From: Mytilus californianus
Lineage: Eukaryota
Direction of reading: 5' to 3'
Length of the DNA: 64,000 bases
NCBI RefSeq assembly: GCF_021869535.1
Contig: NW_026262626.1
Location: 35,216,001-35,280,000, forward strand
Below the pieces are notes generated by a model that was not told where the DNA came from, searched no databases, and worked only from the letters and a program-made list of their open reading frames with translations. The position numbers and the translations under genes were made by a program. Positions 49,143 to 61,232 of the stretch are shown here, one piece after another; within the stretch, counting starts at the first letter, position 1; every line of letters begins with the position of its first letter.

Positions 49143-52100
49143 CTAAAATTTAACAGAAAAGATATTTATAAGATCATTTCCTGATAAAAGATTACAGAAA
49201 TGAATTATTTTTTTAATATAAAAAGATTTATAATAAGATATATATATATATATAAAACTAACTTGTGATCTTTTATACATAAAAGAAGGGGAGGAAGATA
49301 CCAAAAGAGCACAAAAGTTAACAATGTCAGAGCATCCACTATATGTTATCATAATATTGAACTAGAGGCTCTTAAAAGACTGTGTCAATATGCAATCACC
49401 TAGGTCTATGTGCATCTTCAACAATGGACACTCTCCTACATTGTAGACTAGAAAAGAATTCATGACAAAAATCTATCTTTTATAATTTTCAAGATAATAG
49501 AAAAAAACTAAAAAAAATGGTAAAAATTGCCATAAAAGAGCATTAACTCCAATAAGGTCCTTAGGATTTAGCCCATGTTGACTTATTTGTAAATCTTGTC
49601 TTGCTGATCTTTTTTGCTATTTAAAGTGTCTATCTATCCATCATAGTTTTCAAGAAAAACAAAAACAAAATTGGTAAAAATTGTTATTAAAGAGAAAGAA
49701 CTCAAATAATAAGTCAACTGACAATTTCGACCTCATTGACCTATTTGTAGAATTTGTCTTGCTGATCATTTTTATATACTATTTACAATGTATATCTAAC
49801 TATTATAATTTTCAAAATAATAGGCAACAGTTGGTAGATCTCAACATTCTGAACATTTTACCACTGTCGATATCCTCTTTTTATAGTAGTTTTAAGATAG
49901 AAGACAAAACTTGCATTTTACCCCTATGTTCTATTTTTAGCCATGTCAGTCATGTTGGTTGGTGGGGGTTAAATAAATTTTTAAACTAGATACCAAATGA
50001 TGATTTTCGTTAAATTTGGCCCATGATGGATGGCAGATGCCAAGTGATGAGAATAGCTCACTAAAGAGCCAAAATTATGAGCTAAAAAGGATGTAATTTT
50101 TGTAACTGTCAATTTGTATAATTCATTGATGATTGTCTAAATTTGGATGGCCAAATTTTTAAGTGTACAACAAAAACATTCCTCAGTTAGTTGTATTTAA
50201 TTACAAATTTCACAATCATACCATTTTTCCAAAGTTATGATTTGATTAGCTGATAACTGTGATTCTGGCTCAGTGTTTGAAGAACGATTAAATTTCCTCC
50301 ATCTACAACTCTGGCTTGAAGTTTTAATTTAACCCATATTTTCATAAGATTATCTGTCCATGAAAACTGGGCTATAGACTACAGTTTTTTTTTTTGTTCA
50401 ACTTGTTCATTATTTGTTTACAGTGATGCTGATTAGAACCTGAAAGGGTACATGTAGTGACAACACAAGAATGAGAAATATGGCCACTCACTGCCTTATT
50501 CATAGAATACTTAAAACTCTTAGCATCTCAGTGCAATGTTTCAAAGGTTACATGAGATTTCACTTTTATATAAACAACAAAATTAGTAATATACATATTC
50601 GAAATGAATAAAGACTGAATTAAAAAACCAAAATGGCCAATCAAATAAATATATTTCACTTTACCTTTGTCCACTTCCTGGGTCAGTTCTTAAAACATGA
50701 AATAAATTTTGTATCCAAGGATCCATTAGAACTTCCATCACATCTGGTTGAGAGAGAATCTCTTGCATTTTGTTCTCATCTTCTGCTGTAGCCTGTTTAG
50801 GGTTGGTTGAACTTCTAACAGACATGTCAGCACCACCTTGTGACTGTCTTGTAAGGATTGTCCCCCTTTCTGAAGCAGATGGCGGGTTTGAAGGGACGTA
50901 TTTATTACTGTCTGTGGGATCTATTTCCTCTATTATCTTTGGTGATGGTTTTGGTGGTGGTGTCTTCTCTTCTGTTTTATCATCTTTGTCAGCAATGTTT
51001 GTGAAATGATTTCCTGAAAAAAAATTAAAAAATCCAAGAATCAAAACTATGGTTTAAAGAAGGTTGTGGTTGTAGGAGTTTCAAATTCACTCCATTAAGT
51101 GTCGTGAATTAGATTGTTGTTCATTTTCATGTTATCTGATGTTATGTTTCAACAAAGAAGCTAACAATCATTCATGGTAAAAATTATGTGATAATCAGCT
51201 GTTTATATGCTAACATTTTTTTGAGTCTAATAATATAATTATTTCAAGATGAGTCGGGAGAGAAAAGTATTCAAACATACAAGGCAAATGGTTTTACATT
51301 ATTGGATTACGGTAAGTTCCTAATAAATGACATTGGTTAAACGATATATTGTAAGGGAGTTTGTTTCTTAATTCTTTTGCATAACCCTTCAATTCTGAGT
51401 ACCAAATTGTTCAATACAATACTATTCAAATATTTTGAGTTCTTTTTAATAAATATGAGAATCTTTCACAATCTTGGATCACAAAACCCAGCAAATGGTA
51501 AGTTTTTAATGAAATAAAAATCTTCATTTTTTTCTGTTTACAGTTTGTCTCTATCTTCTTTAGTTTTGTCCACAATACAAATAAACTGCTTCGCTGAGCG
51601 CAGCTGGATACGCCCGCAGAGGTCCAACCCTGAACAGTTGGGGCAAAAATGGACACAATATTCAAGCTTGATACAGGTTTGAATTTGGATTGTAATTAAA
51701 TATTTGATATATTATAGGTTTCTGAATAAATGTAGTCAGAGAACTTGAAATTGGTTATATGAAAGATTTCTTGCTGTTGTGCAATACTTAGTAAATCTGT
51801 TGTCAGTCTATAAACAAATAAAATCTTATAACGTGGAAATGTAAAATCAAAAATTTATAAAAATCAAAAGGGAGCTTACAAAAATAGATATAAACAATTT
51901 ACCAAAGTGTCATAAAAAAAGCTGAAAGCATTTTTGAATTATTGTCCGAAAAACTGGAAAATCCCCCTTTTCGTAATGAATAAAACCCCATAAATCGGAA
52001 ACGTACAGTCTGAAATTTATAAAAATCAAAAGGGAGCTCATGTCGATAGAAATAAACAATTCACCAAAGTTTCTTGCAAATTGGTGAAATTGTTTTTGAG

Positions 52101-55100
52101 TTATTGTCTGAAAACTGGAAAATCCCCCCTTTTTTAATGAATAAAACCCCAAAACTCGGAAACGGTAAATCTAAAATTGATAAAAAATGAAAGGGAGCTC
52201 ACGTCAATATATATAAACAATTCACCAAAGTTTCATGCAAATTGGTTAAAGCGTTTTTAAATTAATGTCCGACATGTTGACGACGGACGGACGGACTGAC
52301 AGACGGTCAAAGGTATACCATAATACGTCCCCGTAAACGAACGTATAAAAAGAGTAAACATTGTCATTTAATGACAACACTCCTATAAGAGTCAACTCTC
52401 TATTTCTGCAAATTTCTATATTTGTAGATCTTGTCTTGCTGATTGCTTTTGCTATTCAAAGTTTCTCTCTACCTAAAATAAACCTCAATATACACATGTA
52501 ATAGGCAAAAATGATGATAAATTAATAAAATAAGCCATTTAAGGGCAATAACTTGACAGTAAGTTTAATCCAAGTAACAGACATTACCCAAATTTGCTCA
52601 ATTAACTGAAAGAGAGATTTAAACTGAGCATTAAACAATGCCTTTGTGTTAGCAGGATCATTGAAGCTTATAAATGTGTGTAGTCAAAACCTAATTTTTA
52701 AGGCTTACAAGATGGACAGAATTGGACTTAATTTGCCTCTTTGCACTCTACGAAACTAAGCAATTTGAAATACTATGTCATTTTGCATCGTGCTACTTGT
52801 TGCAAATTTTATGCAATCCAATGTCTTACCCATAAATCCACAAAACTGCATAAATGCATCTTGTGTTTCTTTATCATTTTTGTATCTATCCATGGCAGCA
52901 GTTGGGTTTGTCTGAAACATATTCACTGCCTCCATAAACCTAGGATCTTGTAGTTTCTTTAGAAGTGATTCATTTTTTTCTACCTTACTTAGTAAATCAT
53001 CTGTCATCCATTCATCTGTTAAAAGACAATAGTGTAATGTGAATATTTATACATTTTTAGTATACAGTATGAAATGCTAAAAACAATTGAACAAATTTTA
53101 TTCATGTATTCAATGGCATTAAATTTTGTCAGATTCTTTACAGGGTTGTACATGTTCTTTCAAAAGAGGTTAAAAAATGGACAAATGCATGGTCTGAACC
53201 CTTTAAATGTTGTGTTATTTTACAGAAACTCCAATAGACCTTATCGCTATTTGTGATTCTGTGACACTTGCCCTATTGAGGAGATTTTATGACATTTGAC
53301 CCTTTTGTATCATACAAAAATCACTTTTGCACTTTGGTGTCAGTTATTTCTCTTGTGGTGTCAACATGTCTGTGATATCTTGTAAATTAAATGGTAAACA
53401 AATAGCAATAAGGTATATAGATGTCCAATGGATCTTTCAAAATATTCAAGTTAATATTTTAATTGAACAATGAATGAAATAGTGTACATATTTTATATAA
53501 CAACTCAGAAATACGAAAACAGAGCACTATTAAAAATCAAATTAAAAAGACCATGATAGTAAACTAAAAACAAAATATTTTGAAACCACAAAATTTTTGT
53601 TACGAAAAATACAGTTTCGTATATATATATATGCTTATTGAGTAACCCTGAATGCATGTTAATTAGAGCATGTCCAAAAACTAACCTTTCTTGCTTGTTA
53701 TGGTATCACTCATAGCTTGCTGTACTTCATCAAGTTTCAGTGATTCCTCCTTTTTCTTTACATATGGTACAGATGCTTCTTTTGTTTTTTCTTGAAATGA
53801 TTTGGGTTTTGATGATCCTCCACCAAACATAAATCCTTTTTTCATGCCTCCAAATCCAGAGGATGATTCAGATACTGTTGCTGATGGTTTTGTGTTTGAT
53901 TTTGGTACTGTGTTTTCAGGCTTTGATTGAATTTGTGCTGGTTTATTGACAGGTGCCATGTATTTGTCTGATACTGTACAGTGTCCATTTGAAATAATGT
54001 TCTAAAATATAAAAATTCTTTATTTATTTATGCTATTATACTAATATTTCTGATGTGGATCTACATTACACTACTAACAATTATCACCAACATACATTTT
54101 GTACAATATTAAATTAACAACAGACTACAAGAAGCCTGTATTGGTCAGTTATATGCATATACATTGTACTGACTATATAAAATAATAATCTTGAAAGGGA
54201 GATAACTAAATGATCAGAGTTATCAGATAAAGTCTCTAAAAAGAGTTATCTCAAAAAGTTCCAGCAAGGTAAAGATAAGGTATTTTTAAAATTGTATGGT
54301 TAATAGTAGCAGTTGCAATTTTTAGGGAATGCAATAAGGAACCTTTAATGCCAAGTTTTCATCAAATCTCAATTGTAAATTCAAACACTAAATCTTAAAG
54401 TTTTTTACTAATCTTTCCTTAAAAAAATGTCAACAACATTGTTACAGACAACACTCACTGGTTAACAGGAAAGGTTAACTGTTATTATACATAATATTGA
54501 AAGGGGTATCAACAGACAGTTTTGTCTTGTTTTTTATCAACTACTATGAAGGCATTGAAGTGAAAAGTTTCTAAGTCCTATTTCAACCGGTTTGTTTGAA
54601 CAATTGCCAAGTTACTTTGTTGGCAAAACAATGTTTCATTTAAGATCAGAAATAATGATCAAAGGAATAACATATCACTACGAAAAGTATGCTCTTCCAA
54701 GTGGTTAAAGAATGTGTTAAAAATTTGACATCAGTAACTTCAATATTACTACATGCATTATTATAAATAAATCTATTAATCAATCTTCATTGTTGCAAGG
54801 AGTCAACCAACATTGATTTCAATTTTAAAATATGTGATTCAAAAGATATTTCATGCAAAGCTTACTCCAAATTAAGCTATTAATTTAATTGAAAAATATT
54901 TTGAATGCATTTTCCAAGAAAATTGTAGAGCAAATTTTACAACAAAGAAATCACTCACATTTCCACCAGATAAAATAAATTTCTAAGCAAAACAGAATGC
55001 ATGTAGTTTATACACATCCCCATGTTAATATGTTTGTGTAAAATTTCCTTACCTTTTCTGTTTTTCCTTTGTTCTGTGAAGATGTCTTTGTTCTTTGTTC

Positions 55101-58100
55101 TTTTATTATCTGAACTTTCTGTAACAAATCAGACATGTCCTCCAAGGGAGGGACATCTGTACAAAAAAAATAATCCTATTTAAACAACGATTAAATTTTT
55201 TTTTAAAGATACATGTATTCAAACTCGGTCATTATTCTACCAGATATAGCCTTTTTCGCTAAGGTGGTTTAAAGAAAATATCAATCAATCCATCAATCAA
55301 TTTAAAAACATTAATGCAATAATTATTTCATACATTGGATTGGGTCAAACTTATGAGACTACATTGTAGCTGTCAGTTCAAGTGGCAATAAAGTTTGAAT
55401 CTTGATAATACAACAATTAATCACACCTGTTAACTGTCACTTATGCATGCTTTTTTCTATACATTACATTTCTTTCGTTCAATAATGTTTTAACTCTCTA
55501 AGTTCTTATTTGATGCTAAATATGTCTATTGTGGTTTCTAGACACTTCTTGTCACTAATTAGTGATACCGCAGGGATTTTTAGCAAAAAATACGAAACAA
55601 AATAAATATACATGTACATAATAATTTAAGTTGTGATTGCATATGCATATAATATAAACAGAAAGCACATGGATCTGTTACTTATATTTTATCTCCTTGT
55701 TAATATAAAAATAAGCAAATGGAAGCTATCAAGTAAATTTTAGAAGTTTTTGATTGAGTATACAAAACATAAAAAAAAAGAGATAGAATATTAGTAACCA
55801 TGGTAAACAGATCAAAATGCTTTCTGTTTATACTTTATGTAAACGGTATAAGCTCTATAAGATCTAACCAGAAATAAATAACAATCCATATTTCATTCTA
55901 TGGTTTATTCCAACAGGATAAAGGATATACATCAAAATAGAGACATAAAAAAGAGAGTCTGGAGACACTATCGGTATATTAAAATCTAAATGTAAATGTC
56001 AAGGACAAACTGACTTCATGCCAAAAAAAGATAAAATGATGAAATGACAAACAGTGTACAAAACACAACATAGAAAACTTAATGACTGAGAAACAAGAAC
56101 CTCAGGGGCTCTGGACGGGTAAGCAGATCCTGCCCCACATGTGACACATGTAGTTATCCAGAACAAAAATAAAACTAGTCTCCATATACATGTAGTAATT
56201 AACTTTATCAATTATTGCCATATTGAAATTTCAAAAAATTCCACAAAGTTATCCATGTCTAAAAAACTTCAACCACATACTGAACCTAAATGTTGACCCT
56301 GCAGAAGACAACAGAATGTAGGATCACTATGTCTCGCTTCCATGACATAAATGGTGCAGGCTCAACAAAAAGTTTTAGTCTTAATTTCATTTAGGTTGTA
56401 AATGTGGTTATATCAATTAATATCATAGTTTATGTTCATCCTCCCCTATCACAACAAATATCTATATAATATCATGTAAGTTTTGTCATTCAAAAAGTTT
56501 TTTTTATCTTTAATTTCATTTTTCATAGACATACTTGTAAAATATTTGGATGTTAAATTGTTTTTATTTTACATGTGTTCATCAATATGTTTATTTCTTT
56601 TGTAAATTCTCTTTACTATTAATGATTTATAGTGTTAACTGACCCAGATATCAAAAAGAGTTAAAAAAAAATATAGAAGTTTTCTGTACTAAAAGATCCA
56701 GTTAGAAATTTTATTAAACCTTACAAATTTCACATTTTCAGATATATCCCGACATAAACATACAATTTGAATTTCTGCTGATACCATATACATGTATGCT
56801 GTCGTAGGCAGGTAATTAAAAAAACCACCCCTGCAATATAGCCCACATTAAAGCAGAGTCCAAGTTAAAGTAGCATGCAATTCTGCTTTTATCAAGTTTC
56901 ATTTTTTAATTTAGATGATTTCATTCCTACAATGTAATACTGTTTGAAAGTTTAATTCATTATATCTCTTCATTTAAATTCATGTAAATACAGTACGCAC
57001 AGAGAGTTTGTAATCGCGAACTCTAATCACGGATTTCGGAGTGTAGCGGTGTCACACCGCGAATCACGGATTATACTCCCAATTTCCTCCAAAGATTCTC
57101 TCCCAACACCGCGTGGCTGTTAATTGGTTTATTGCCCATCGGATATACTGAAAATAATGACGCGTGACAACATAATCGGATTAGCCAGATTTTATTACCT
57201 TTGTACATTTAATCGATCTTGATTGCACCTGTGTTCTTTAAAACACGGTATTAAAATTTCCTTTCTTTGACAGATCAAAATGTGACATTTTCATTCAAAA
57301 TAAGATAATTATTCTTGTATGTATTTGCCCCATGTCACTGTCATTTGAAATAAAACGTACAAACGTATAAAAATACGAATAAAACACTTATTTTGTATTT
57401 TTATTATAGTCCGGTCAGGTCATAATTTTTGTTTTTTTCAACAAAGACGATTTTACTACAATTAGAATCTTTTATGACCTACTCAGTGAGCAATATCCGG
57501 TTCATTAATTGTTCAATATATAAATATCAACTGGCTTAACACAAAATGATGTTTTTACGGTAATTTGTCCAATCTAAACCCAAGAGTTAATTTATCGGAT
57601 CAACAAGTGAACTCTGTTACTTTCAATTTATTTTGCAATGTAAAATATTATGTTTCACTACCTCGGTAGATTACCGACTTGAAATATTTGAACTCAGAAA
57701 AGAAACTGTAAAGTGACAACTCTGTTGAACGAAGGGAAAACGTTTTGTATGCAATGTGCCCTATATTCATAAAAACACAACACTGAGAGACATTCCCCGC
57801 CCAGACACAACACAATAATCACAACCTAATTTAATTATATGAAGAAAAAAAATCATGTGTTGTTTATCTCTGTTATGATCTGTTATTGATCCTTTATTAT
57901 TTAAAATAAAATTGGATGGGCGCAATCCGTCTTTTACTGCTCGTTAAAAGTCCTTGGCGAAATTTAAAATAGAAGTATTTCAACAATTAATACTATAGAA
58001 TATTTAAATGAAATTATATCGTGTTCTACAAGAAAGAAATATGTGAAAAAAATGTGGATCGGATTTTTACGATCTACACATTTTCACAGAGGATCTCTAC

Positions 58101-60524
58101 CAACGCCCAACAGGAACTGAACGACATTCATTCTGTTTTCATCTACCATTTATGTATATTGTTGACCATGGACGTATAAATAATGTCCAGGTTTATGTCC
58201 TGTGTTGACTGAGAAACTTAAAATTAAAAGGCTGGTGTTCGTTTATTCAGAAAAGAATTATATTTTAGATTCCGGTTAATCAATTGTAAAAGGACCTTCT
58301 AGAGCCTCAATCTTAAGGCATACAAATGTCAATCATTCCAAAGCAAATTTAAACCCCGAATGAATTTTCCCACGGTCATCCAGAAAGGTCACCTGAGTTT
58401 ACTGTTACGTGATAATATTTCCCGCCAAATAAAAATCTCGTGGACAAAATTGATGTCACTATTTTTAGCGTTCAATATTGTGAGCGAAGTCAAGTACAAA
58501 GTTCAACCACGGACTGTTGATCACTGAGATGTGTATCGTCTTCCCACGGCAATTAATTTCTTTTAAAAAAATAAAAAATCAGTCCTTTATACAACACACA
58601 AGTTTACATTCATTGTGCGTAAATGAACATTATGCAACGATGAGTTGATGCAGCTATAGAAGTATTCCTGTTGTAGCCGAAATGTAATTATTTATCCTAA
58701 AGTAATGCCAACAAATCGTAAAGAGAAAATGCCGTAGACTTATTAAGAATAACGAATGGTGAATAGTATTTTCTTTTTTTACTTGCATATACAAATTTTG
58801 AGACACGTAATTTTCTTTAAACTGCTAACTTTTATATTCAGCGTTAGTTTCCGTTTATTTTTACGCAAGTATGTCTCTTTTCGTAAATAAAATAATTTAC
58901 CGATGAACTTAAACAAGGTCAAAATCAAGTATAGTTTTTGTTATAAAACTTTAATGCAATTGAAAGAATTAACAACAACATTCTGCTTTTAAATCTTTAA
59001 TTTGTTTCAAGTAATTTTGTAATCGTAAAATGAAAATGGCGTGGACTTATTAGCATAACGAATAGTGAATAATATATTCTTTTTTACTTGTATACAAAAC
59101 TTTGAGACAAGTAATTTTCCTTTAAACTGCCCACATTTATTCAGCGCAAGTCTCCGTTTATTTTTACACAAGTATATCTCTTTTGTAAATTAAATATTAA
59201 TTTACTGACCAGAAAAAAAAACGAGGTAAGAATCAAATATAGTTTTTTTTTAATAAAACTATTTTTAAATGTACAGTGTAATTGAAAGAATTAACAACAA
59301 CGTTTTGCTTTTAAATCTTTTATTTGTTTCAAGCAATCAGAAATATAACCTGATTATCAATAGACAGGAAATACAAATGTTTAATTACATAAGTAATCTC
59401 ACATACCTTGACTGTCGCGTGCCGGTATAGATCAGAAGGATTAGGGCAATTAATTACCTGGTGTGACACCGCGTCACACTGGACTGGGAGAGATGTCGCT
59501 AATACAATAAACAAAAGGTAGCGAATTTACGCGGAAGTCGGAGGGAATACTCCCAAATTTCTCCGAGAATTTAGGGAGGGATGTCGGAGTTTCCTGGTGT
59601 CACACCAAGAAAAAACTTGGTGTTCGGAGTTTGGGAAGCCTTTCGCGAAATTTGTACTGTATGTGTCTACTGGTCGAGGACCATTTACTGTTAGTTACCA
59701 GTTACCGTCACCTTGCATTTTTTGAAATAACGGAAACATTGTGTAAATACGGCATACTGGGTAATTGCTATTATCTTCATAAAAATACTTTTATTCTATT
59801 TTTAAAAACTTGGTTTTGTTTGATCCAATAAATCAACTCAGAAATCTTGATTTTTTTTTTGTTCTTTTATCACGTGAAGGGAAGATAAGCATGCAGGAAC
59901 ATGACATCGTCACTTTAAGATGCCCTTGGTTGAAGAAAAATTACTGTTTTCAAATAAAGTGATATCTACATGTAAGCTTACTTTGGACATAAAATTTACT
60001 TCAAAGGAATAAAAAAAGGTTTATTTTAGAACAATTTCCATGATCCCCATCAGTGCAGTGTAACTTGTTGATTTCAGGTGACATAAATTCAAGATCTATT
60101 CAGATTGAGATTCTGAATTTATTGACTGAATGACAATATTGTTGGTTCATCTGATAAACTTCCATCTCTGTTTGCCTCAAAACAGCAAAATCTGACAATA
60201 TTTTTTTTTTAATCATGTTAATAGGACCTTTCTATAATTTAGGGACTAGATTCATAGATTAATAAGTGACGGTAACTGGTCCTTGTTTCAATAAAATTTC
60301 ATGCAAAAATCGGAACACTAGCAATTCACTTTTCGCTGTATTAAAGTATGTCGGCATATATCTGAAATTTGGAAATATTGTAATGTCTAATAAATTTTCT
60401 AACAGGATATTTTGGTACAGAAAATTTCTATTTATATTTTTTTACTCTGTCGATGTCTGGGTCAGTAAACAAATGAAATAAGAATTTCTGGCGTCATTAG
60501 ATACGCACCTGTTTCGTCGGCCAT
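49061..60524 (-). CDS. STI1/HOP-DP domain-containing protein without TPRs, 350 aa; join(60524-60509,55156-55053,54001-53686,53015-52830,51013-50665,49142-49061)
   Basis: Six GT-AG exons total 1053 nt with matching phases. Contains KLQDPRFMEAV..TNPTAAM and QEILSQPDVMEVLMDPWIQ..TDP..EIKKLVDVGMLQF, similar to HOP/STIP1 DP1 (KLQDPRIM) and DP2 (KIQKLMDVGLIAIR) as recalled. The 16-nt first exon is the least certain part. Confidence 0.85.
50665..51013 (-). CDS. STI1-domain gene exon 5
   Basis: GNHF...PPPKPSP...QPDVMEVLMDPWIQNLF; within ORF 50661-51044. Confidence 0.9.
51846..52351 (+). mobile_element. HINE-like element with ~161-bp cores
   Basis: AAAAAT(C/G)AAA.GGGAGC near 51860/52021/52183, (GACG)n tract, 3' hairpin TACGT..ACGTA followed by TAAAA. 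Confidence 0.75.
52830..53015 (-). CDS. STI1-domain gene exon 4
   Basis: DEWMTDDLLSKVEKNESLLKKLQDPRFMEAVNMFQTNP. Confidence 0.9.
53686..54001 (-). CDS. STI1-domain gene exon 3
   Basis: NIISNGH...GFGGMKKGFMFGG...LDEVQQAM. Confidence 0.88.
55053..55156 (-). CDS. STI1-domain gene exon 2
   Basis: DVPPLEDMSDLLQKVQ; tgtacag / gtaagg. Confidence 0.88.
56991..59659. mobile_element. Putative 2.7-kb TA-flanked non-autonomous DNA element
   Basis: TA|CAGTAC ... GTACTG|TA; CpG-rich ends share GGTGT(C/G)ACACC and ATACTCCCAA motifs; internal ~307-bp tandem duplication (58714-59335). Confidence 0.5.
60509..60524 (-). CDS. STI1-domain gene exon 1 (ATG)
   Basis: aaaaatATGGCCGACGAAACAG|gtgcgt = MADET + G, which completes the Asp codon of exon 2. 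Confidence 0.7.
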
Positions 60525-61090
60525 ATTTTTGGGTTGTTGTTCGTATCAATATTGATGAAGTACAGATGATAAATTATGCCCTAAATTTCCGATGATAGTG
60601 CTTCGAATACAAAATATTCACTTCCACAAATAAATCAGTTGATTCTTTGTTTAGTAATTTATTAGAATTAATGAAATATTTTGTCATAAGTGATTATGAA
60701 ACTTATATTACTGAACGCTTTTTCATCTCAATTGTATACGGAACCAATGCATATTTTTAATGATCGAAAAGGACATATTTAATTTGGAAATTTAGAAGAT
60801 CACAGGAATGTTTGGGTAAACGAAGAAATGCGTATTATATTTAAGTTGAAAGCAAACGTTGACCAAAGAGAAACATTAGCACGTGTGGAAATTGTCTTTG
60901 GCAAATTTACAGAATTGAACGATTATTTGACCACTAACAAAATTTATAGATATGGAAGATAATTCAGAGAAAGGTAAAGGAACAAATTGCGCTACCAATA
61001 TTAATTTTTTCCGAAGGAAGTGGTCCTTTAAGAAGCTATAAAGTTGATAAATTAAATCAAATCAAATTTATTTAAACTCGCTAAAATTAA

Positions 61091-61232
61091 GAAATAATTC
61101 ATGGCAGCTGTAGATTTGTTTTCATTTAACCATCGGTTGGGCATTTATATTTGATTATTTCATCCCGAGCGAACATAAATGCCCAACCCATGGCTAAATG
61201 AAAACAAATCTACAGCTACCATGAATTATTTC
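61091..61232. repeat. 142-bp foldback hairpin (58-bp arms, 3 mismatches, 26-nt loop)
   Basis: Arms 61091-61148 and 61175-61232 read directly. Confidence 0.9.

Noticed and set aside
51249-51311. Plus-strand 63-nt symmetric exon candidate with a perfect GTAAGT donor (possible nested antisense gene)
   Set aside because: No compatible open neighbouring exons found; such motifs arise by chance in AT-rich introns.
15433-60524. U12-type or non-canonical introns in the reconstructed genes
   Set aside because: All reconstructed introns are GT-AG and none has the GTATCCTT/ATATCCTT donor.
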